From contig NC_068982.1 of assembly GCF_001194135.2 (NCBI RefSeq), positions 164,861,777-164,904,312 of the forward strand: a stretch of DNA of 42,536 bases, written 5' to 3'. A program made the translations under genes and the position numbers. Shown here in pieces: positions 34,830-42,536 of the stretch (within the stretch, counting starts at the first letter, position 1; every line of letters starts with the position of its first letter). Origin of the DNA: Octopus bimaculoides. Its lineage: Eukaryota. Under the pieces are notes generated by a model. It did not search any database and was not told the DNA's origin. It was given only the letters and a program-made list of their open reading frames with translations.

Positions 34830-37403
34830 CGCGGCTGTGTTTCCTAAGGAGCTCAATGCCAACACGCAGGACATTGTGTTCTTCGCTTTTCAGCATTAAG
34901 TTAATGTATTTATTTTTGATGCTGTTATTTAGAAAGTGCTGCCTGAGAGAGACAATACGACGTTCAAAGGTTGTCCACACTGATCACAAACCTCAACCTC
35001 CATTATCACTTTTAAGGAAGAGGCTGTCGATATCACTATTCATGCGGAGATTCCCAGTTGATGTCACTATCTTGCGGGTTTTAGCGTCTATAAAATGGAT
35101 TTCTTCTACGGACCAGTCAAGTATCCCAAATGTTGCAATCAGCACTGATATTACAAATGCATTGTGGGATGTTGTCTTGTAAGCGGTGAGATCCGACTTC
35201 TATATTTTTCTAAGTCTGCCATAATATTCTCGGGTGATTCTATCTTTTTTCACAGTACCTTCGTATGAAACATTTACGTCAATGCCTAAGTAGTATTAGC
35301 ATTGTCTGTGTTGAACAGGGGAGAAAGCGAGACCATTGGTGCACGGGTTTCGGATCTGGGGCATTGATTTCCGCTGTTCAACAATTAAATATGAATATTT
35401 CCTTTGACCTTTGACCAAATTCTATTCCTGTATCAGCTGAAAATGTTATTAATTCCAGCTGTTACGTTTTTGTTTTGTTTTGTTTTGTTTTTTGGAATTG
35501 TTAACGTTTTTAGTTTAAATTTTGGAGACATCCACAAAGAAATTACAGGATACATTAATATTTTTAGCAGTTGCAGAATATAGCATTAGACATTTGATTT
35601 TTGTAGCAGGAATGTAAAAGAGTTTAATGTCAAAATGAATAGAATTACAGACGATCATTCTGCTCTCAGTACTAAGTGTAAGAATTGTTCTCTTGATTTT
35701 ACTGAGCCTCTCTCTCTCTATGGCAGAAATTAAGAAAGCTGGAATTTTTGCCAAATGGAGATACTTCAGTAGCCAAGAATGTTCGGCACATCTCCCCTTC
35801 TTTCCGCAGTCCTGCTCATCAGTCACTATGTTGTTGATCTCTCAATGATCCTGAAGGAACTGGTTGGTGCAGCTTGAGTATAGTTTGTATATAATATTTA
35901 GCAAGCAATGGGCCTACAGTTTTCAGCCAACTTGGTTATTTCATTCTTGGCCACAAGAATTTTCCGTGTTATAGCAAACCAATTTGGTAAGTCAATCTGA
36001 CTTACCATATTGTTTCAGAATATACATATTAATATGTCCAGTAAAATGTCAGCCTCTTATATCTGTGTCTAAATATTAGGTCCTTTCCAGGAACCTTCCC
36101 ATTATGTACTTTGCCTATAGGTATGGTGAAAGTTTCCAGCTCAATTACATACATTTTACTGCTGTTGTTGATAGAATATTCTCTCCTTAATGCTTTTAAC
36201 CACGATGCATTACAGTTAAGATCCCTCTTTTTGTTCCAGATTTTCAACCAGAATGATTCAAGATCTTGAGAGGAGTGGGGTTCATAACGGTAATATTTTC
36301 ATTTCTCATCTCTCTGCATAATGTCTGTGGATTAGAAGCAAACTTGTGATTTACACAGGCTCGTTCAAAAATTCGCCTGCTTTAGCGAAGATTTTAGCTC
36401 AGCGCCCTGAGTTCGCTAGAGTAATTACCCTTCCCCCAAGAGTTTGCTGTGTAGAGTCACCATAGAGTTGTTAAAGTTTTTCTTCATTTTCTTAAGAATG
36501 GCCTGTTTCTTAACGGCAATTTCGAAAAACTAGAAACGTTTTCTACGAACTGTGGTTTCGAGATGTTTCTAAGTTGAATATATTCCACAATTGTCTCTCT
36601 TGTCTCAACTAAATTTGGAGAGACACGAAAATTTAATGATAGCGGCAATGGTTTATTTACATTATTTCTGATCTGTCTCCTGCTAGATTTTGGGTATTTT
36701 TCAGCGTTTTGAGAAGATCGATTTACATCACGAGAGTAAGCTATGTTCTTTTTCAAAAATATATCTGTTGCTGGAGGTGTTTTGGAGTAAAGGTGCTTGA
36801 GTCGGGGTGAGATTCACCCCAGTATTTTTTTAACTGCTTCATATATCTAAAAAGTGGGTCTTCACGGACTTTTGCATAGTGTTGAACAAGATCTTAGATA
36901 GGAGCCTAAGTTAAATGGGAGGTGTACTTACGTTTTCTCAGTTAGCTTACTGGTTTTGTAGCTTACTGGTTTTGTAGCTTACTGGTTTTGTAGCTTACTG
37001 GTTTTGTAGCTTACTGGTTTTGTAGCTTACTGGTTTTGTAGCTTACTGGTTTTGTAGCTTACTGGTTTTGTAGCTTACTGGTTTTGTAGCTTACTGGTTT
37101 TGTAGCTTACTGGTTTTGTAGCTTACTGGTTTTGTAGTGCTGTTTTCGTTGGTGGTGTTGTTATTAATTTCAACCATGATCGTATGATCGAAATTCCACA
37201 TGGTGTAACATATATGTTTTTAAAATCCAGTTTGAACAACGCTACGTTTGTAAGTAAAAGGTGTTTATTTATAACGGAAGGAACAAACCAGTTGCTGATT
37301 CAAGCTGGAGGAGTTGGCGTAAATGTAGAAGAAAAGGTTAAAAAAAAAAATTTTTTTAACGGTCCCCTACGCCTGCACGTCTGATGTGGACGGGGCCCAT
37401 CTT
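34830..37403 (-). mobile_element. Decayed R4/Dong-clade LINE (5' UTR, N-terminal region and RT; internal deletions; 3'-truncated)
   Basis: YMKQLK/KYWGESHP, IWNKKRDLNCNASWL, GKVPGKDLI, EQDCG/HSWLLKYL, TFSADTGIEFG, YYLGID, FGILDWSVEEIHFIDAKTRK and SDIDSLFLKSDNGG*GL. The 5' end abuts (TACA)n. Confidence 0.9.
36943..37137. repeat. Perfect 16-bp minisatellite (tagcttactggttttg) x12
   Basis: Twelve identical units at 16-bp spacing from 36943 to 37134, plus a partial unit. Confidence 0.97.
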
Positions 37404-37538
37404 GTATGTTCGTATGTATGTATGTATGTATGTATGTATGTATGTATGTATGTATGTATGAATGTATGTGTGTATGTGTGTATGTACGTATGTGCGTATG
37501 TATGTATGTATGTATGTATGTATGTATGTATGTATGTA
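37404..37538. repeat. (TATG)n microsatellite
   Basis: Directly visible. Confidence 0.95.
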
Positions 37539-37743
37539 TACACGGACATTCAAGTACACATACACACACATTCACACACACGTGTAATAGGTAATTACAA
37601 GCGTGGGTCGATCTCAAATTATTATACTAGAGCATATGCATTCCTTAATATAATATATATAATGATGTACATAAAAGGATAACATGCAACTTCCCTTTTG
37701 AAATGTGCTGATATAATCCACAGAAAGTAACTTACATATATAT

Positions 37744-37955
37744 ACTCTTTACTCTTTTACTCTTTTACTTGTTTCAGTTATTTGACTGCGGCCATGCACT
37801 GCCTTTAGTTGAGCAAATCGACACCAGGACTTATTCTTTGTAAGCCAGGTACTTATTCTATCGGTCTCTTTTGCCGAACCGCTAAGTTACGGGGACGTTA
37901 ACACACCAGTATCGGTTGTCAAGCGATGTTGGGAAGGACAAACCCAGACACACAA

Positions 37956-38047
<92 letters not shown>

Positions 38048-38239
38048 ATATATATATACATACATATATATATATACGACGGGCTTCTTTCAGTTTCCGT
38101 CTATCAAATCCACTCACAAGGCTTTGGTCGGCCCGAGGCTATAGTAGAAGACACTTGCCCAAGGTGCCACGCATTGGGACTGCACCCGGAACCATGTGGT
38201 TGGTAAGCAAGCTACTTGCCATACAGCCACTCCTGCGCC
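37744..38239 (-). mobile_element. Composite SINE family B, well preserved
   Basis: Minus strand: ggcgcaggagtggctg head, ccttgggcaagtgtcttctactatagcc, internal (TA)(TG)n, gatagaataagtacc...ggtgtcgatttgctcaact, and tail gactgaaacaagtaaaagagtaaaagag. Confidence 0.92.
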
Positions 38240-38567
38240 TATATATGTATACAAGTGAAATATGTACCGCAATACTATTATCACGGACTATATATTGTGT
38301 GGAGATTGCTCATTATAACTGGATTGAATCTAAGTAAATTATATCTGCCTATAAGAACTTTCAAGAACTAATAGTCTGTTCATTAAATATTTAATACAAG
38401 CCATATTTCTTAAAGCCTGGCAACAGTCATAATGACATAGTAGAAATAAATATAGGCAGCATTTTCTTTTTGTTTTATGTTTAGATTTGAACAAAAACGA
38501 TACAGGTTATCGACAGCCAATATAACATCAAAGCCTGTTCAAGAGTAGGGCTTCAATCTGCAGTTAC

Positions 38568-38641
38568 TTGGTTAAATTTGCGGAAGATGGGAAGTATACC
38601 TTCGAAATCGGAAACAGAATGGCCTGTATTGGATAGAATCA
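38568..38641 (-). CDS. Candidate 74-bp exon preceded by a 103-bp intron
   Basis: Acceptor tttttttttatattcag|, donor |gtaact, peptide ILSNTGHSVSDFEGILPIFRKFNQ. Confidence 0.3.
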
Positions 38642-41210
38642 CTGAATATAAAAAAAAATTACTCATTATACTTAAACCATCAAAGTCAGGAAGGCAACAT
38701 ATATATAGTGATAAATTGAATATTTCGCTATAAATAATACACACCTGTCTGCATTTTCTTCTGAACTTCATATTGCATGTGTTTAACGATGTATTTGCAA
38801 CATCGTCATCTGCTCCGATACTCAACCACAGTGTACAATACAGTTTGCTAATCTTATTTTATAGTTGTGTGAAATGTAGATCTATTATACTATATAACGT
38901 AATTTTCAACGTTTGAAGTCTGAGACTAGTGCAGGATCTATGTTTGACTATAGTTTAAAATTTATGTCATAAATTTAAACAAACAAAGAAATCAAACGCA
39001 GATAATCTAAAGTTTAAGTCAACTAAATTTTAACTACAATTATTTATCGGAAAGTGCGTTTAAGGCAACAAATACCAACATAAAACACAACAAAGTGAAA
39101 GAACATGGCTCTAACGAGTGGGAACAGCAACAATTATCGCAAGACATTGTAGCATAAAGCAAATCAGTAAATATTTGTACCTGAGGCCATAAGCTATTGT
39201 AAGCACATTAGAAACACTTTATTAAATGTAACCACGTCAACCACGTATGAGTATTGTTTTGAAGAGGAAACCAATTTAGACATTTGTTTTATTATTTTCT
39301 CCATTTAACAATCAATGGCGAAATTATTAGAATGTAGCAATTGTTGATTTGCAACAAAACACNNNNNNNNNNNNNNNNNNNNNNNNNNNNNNNNNNNNNN
39401 NNNNNNNNNNNNNNNNNNNNNNNNNNNNNNNNNNNNNNNNNNNNNNNNNNNNNNNNNNNNNNNNNNNNNNNNNNNNNNNNNNNNNNNNNNNNNNNNNNNN
39501 NNNNNNNNNNNNNNNNNNNNNNNNNNNNNNNNNNNNNNNNNNNNNNNNNNNNNNNNNNNNNNNNATATATATATATATATATATATATAGGGAGTTCTTA
39601 GATATTTTCGACGAGATGTCTTTACGCGTTTGTAAGCGTGTATGTGTGAACATATAACGGAATAGTGAGAAGAAATGAAATATTTTAGTTGAACATTTTG
39701 AGAGAATTGAATCTTACCAGATGAAACGAAACAAACGGTGTTTTATAAAAATACAAATAAAAGAATAACAAATTGAAGTGTCTGTGAAGTAGCAACAATG
39801 CCCATTCTTGTGAAACCTATTATAAGTATTTTAATACAGACTTACATCTAGCATTGGTGATAACGTTGTATCACCGACAAAGCTTAGTTTATATAATTGA
39901 AAGCAACTACTTGGAATATATGAACATTTCTGTAGATGAAGTGAGTATGGCTCAAACTCTCATTTGAAATATTGAGAGTGTTGCTTAACATTGTTTTGTT
40001 ATATTTTAATTATGAGCATTAAAACAATTCGAATGAAACCAGAGCAACGAGCCTGCTGTTGTAAGTTAATTTCTCTATAAGGTATGAACCGAAAGTAAAT
40101 TATCAGAAATATGTGCGTGTTTTATAAATATAAGTGTTAGTTAGAAAGTAAAGAAAATTTTAGTAACACTAAAGTTCCTTATAGTCACGTTTGGTATGTT
40201 TTAGTGAAACGGAGAAAATTTAGTTGTATGCGTTTCAAGATATAAAATTTCCTTTTTGATGGCACATAATATCGTATCCCTTGCAGGGAAAAATACTTTC
40301 ATCGACTATTAACTTTACTCGCAGCCTTAATGATATTGTTATATTTGGATGCTAAAAACATGGGTATTCACTATTAGATTATCTAAGAATTCTTATCAAA
40401 CCTAATTTTCATAATTTTATCTAAAGTTCCCTCATGATATTTTCTAAAAAGTATCTCATTAGCAATTTATATTTTGCCAACTGAGCCTCCAACATATTTT
40501 TAGGGGATAACTTTAAAATATACAAGTCACTCTATATCAGGTTGATATCATTAACTACATGATAGCTCTGAATATTTCAAACGTTATGTATTTGTAAATG
40601 ACAGAAACCGTGCATACTAAGATCTATTTCGTTTGGAATGTAAACAATATTACAACATTATATTATTCGTTTTCCAATATCATCAGGCATTGTTGTAATA
40701 TTTTATAATTTATTACCCAGTAGACAAATCGGCACAAAATTAGGCTGCACCAATTATTGTCAGATATCTGTCTTATATATGCATGATCTCTTGAGATATT
40801 AATGTCAAATGAGATGACACACTGTTTTCGAGGAATTTAATGACTTACACTCATTTCGGACCGAACTATAGAAATTCAACCACATTTGAACGTATAGGGT
40901 TGACTTACCGTTTCAAAGCTGCCTGTCATTATTGGTTTATATTAGCATAGACACTTTCTCAAAGTGTAGATAAGAAATATTTCTTTGTTTTATTGAATTG
41001 GCTTTATGTTCCACAGAGAACTTGAATTAATAGCGTTTATTCGGTAGCTCAAATTGTAAAGTAACGAAGTTAATAAATGGTTGAACATTCTGACAGATAT
41101 AGCAACGCAAAAAAATGTTGGCAAAATTATTAAGTTGTTCAAATCAACAATTTCAAACTCTTGGCTATTTCAAGAATAAATAAAACAAAAATAATAATGA
41201 AATACCTTAC

Positions 41211-41275
41211 TTCTTTTGTGGTATGATAGAATATATGGCAGGCAATATATTTATTATCATTTAAAATGTTGTAAT
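41211..41275 (-). CDS. Candidate 65-bp exon
   Basis: tgtctgtttag|...gaa|gtaagg, peptide YNILNDNKYIACHIFYHTTKE. Confidence 0.3.
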
Positions 41276-41754
41276 CTAAACAGACATATGCGATTTGGTA
41301 CACGAACGAAACATATTCACCGTTAATAATTATCATTATAGAATAGTATTTGTTACTTTGGCAAAGATTTAAGAACGGTTCTTGGCAGGAAATTCACATA
41401 TTGATTGAAGTAATTGCTATTAATACCGTTGGAAGTAAATGATATATAAATATACGAAATAGCAAAAGAAAAAGGCCAGCATATAATTTCCAAATATTTT
41501 TTTCCAGCGTGATTTAATGTATTTAGGAAACTAGTTCCAACATTGTGCAAAACATTTGTTAGGAAAAAAAAAAATCAACGACTCTCTGATCAATTTACTG
41601 TATAAATAATATTAGTTGTTTAAGAAAAGAATAAGAAACATATATATTAATATTGAAAATATTTCAGTTTTTCATGTATGTTTCTATTTGCTTTACACGT
41701 TATTAAAGATGAAAGAAAATTTTAAGGAATACATACATACATAATACATATGTG

Positions 41755-41827
<73 letters not shown>

Positions 41828-42469
41828 NNNNNNNNNNTATATATATATATTATGTATGTATATATCCGCATATTCTTATGTATAAACTTATAATCATCGG
41901 AATTCACAGTTCTTAATTACCTCGGATCATTAAAGTGAAAGTTGCAATATTACACGTATGAGTACAGTGCTTTATACGTTTTCCTTCGTTAATGGCTTAT
42001 GTAAAGAATGAAGAAGCAAGAAAATGTGGGGAGGAAGATGAGATATAATAAAGGCTGGTGCGAATATGGTTCTATTTTATGCTGTTGGGTATCTTACCAC
42101 ATCATTTAATAGAAATAAAATTATTATGTTGAATATAAGAAAGAAAGAAAAACGATAAAAAAATGTATGCGAATGATGTCTTTTGCGCAATACAATAAAT
42201 ACAGCTATCCGTAAGCAGAATAAAATACAGAAATACGCAGAGAAAAGTGAGTAACCGAGGAGATGGAAAAAGAAGTATAAAGTTAGAAGCAGAGAAAAAG
42301 TAGAAAAGGAGTGAAAGAGGCTTGAAGATTAAGACAGAGCAGAAAATGAAAAGTAGAGAAAATCAAACAGAAGCCCATAAATTGATTCACAGACAAAAGA
42401 ATACTCATGATTTGCGAGGGAAGAAAATAAGTGCCTGTGAAAGAAAGAAAATAAAGAAAGAATCGAAGT

Positions 42470-42492
42470 AATGCACACACACATACACACAC

Positions 42493-42536
<44 letters not shown>
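42470..42536. repeat. (CA)n microsatellite at the window end
   Basis: Directly visible. Confidence 0.95.

Noticed and set aside
36943-37137. CRISPR-like interpretation of the 16-bp and 14-bp arrays
   Set aside because: The units are contiguous with no unique spacers, the context is eukaryotic, and there are no cas genes.
37355-37403. Possible HDV-like ribozyme at the LINE 5' end
   Set aside because: Only a simple ggcccc/ggggacc hairpin forms; I could not build P1.1, P2, P3 or the J4/2 catalytic C.

Overview
This is AT-rich, microsatellite-saturated animal DNA, and its SINE and LINE families point to an octopus-type cephalopod (inference). It has eight N-gaps: 2594-2727, 9162-9502, 11146-11155, 13767-14335, 22916-23107, 28468-29230, 39363-39564 and 41828-41837. 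I found no intact, nameable host gene, and most supplied ORFs are translations of microsatellites or gaps. The window is mainly layered transposon debris: three Penelope-like element (PLE) remnants, a decayed mariner and a mariner MITE, R4/Dong-clade LINE pieces, three tRNA-derived SINE families, two foldback elements and two minisatellites. Three results stand out. (1) There are four hammerhead-ribozyme motifs in two PLE-type repeat families, one of them a 33-nt minimal fold with U at core position 8 (A3-U8 in one copy). (2) Two R4/Dong lineages sit in different microsatellites, (TAA)n and (TACA)n. (3) A phase-compatible, decayed Cys-rich spliced gene remnant lies at about 6 kb. All translations and alignments were done by eye; no database search was run.
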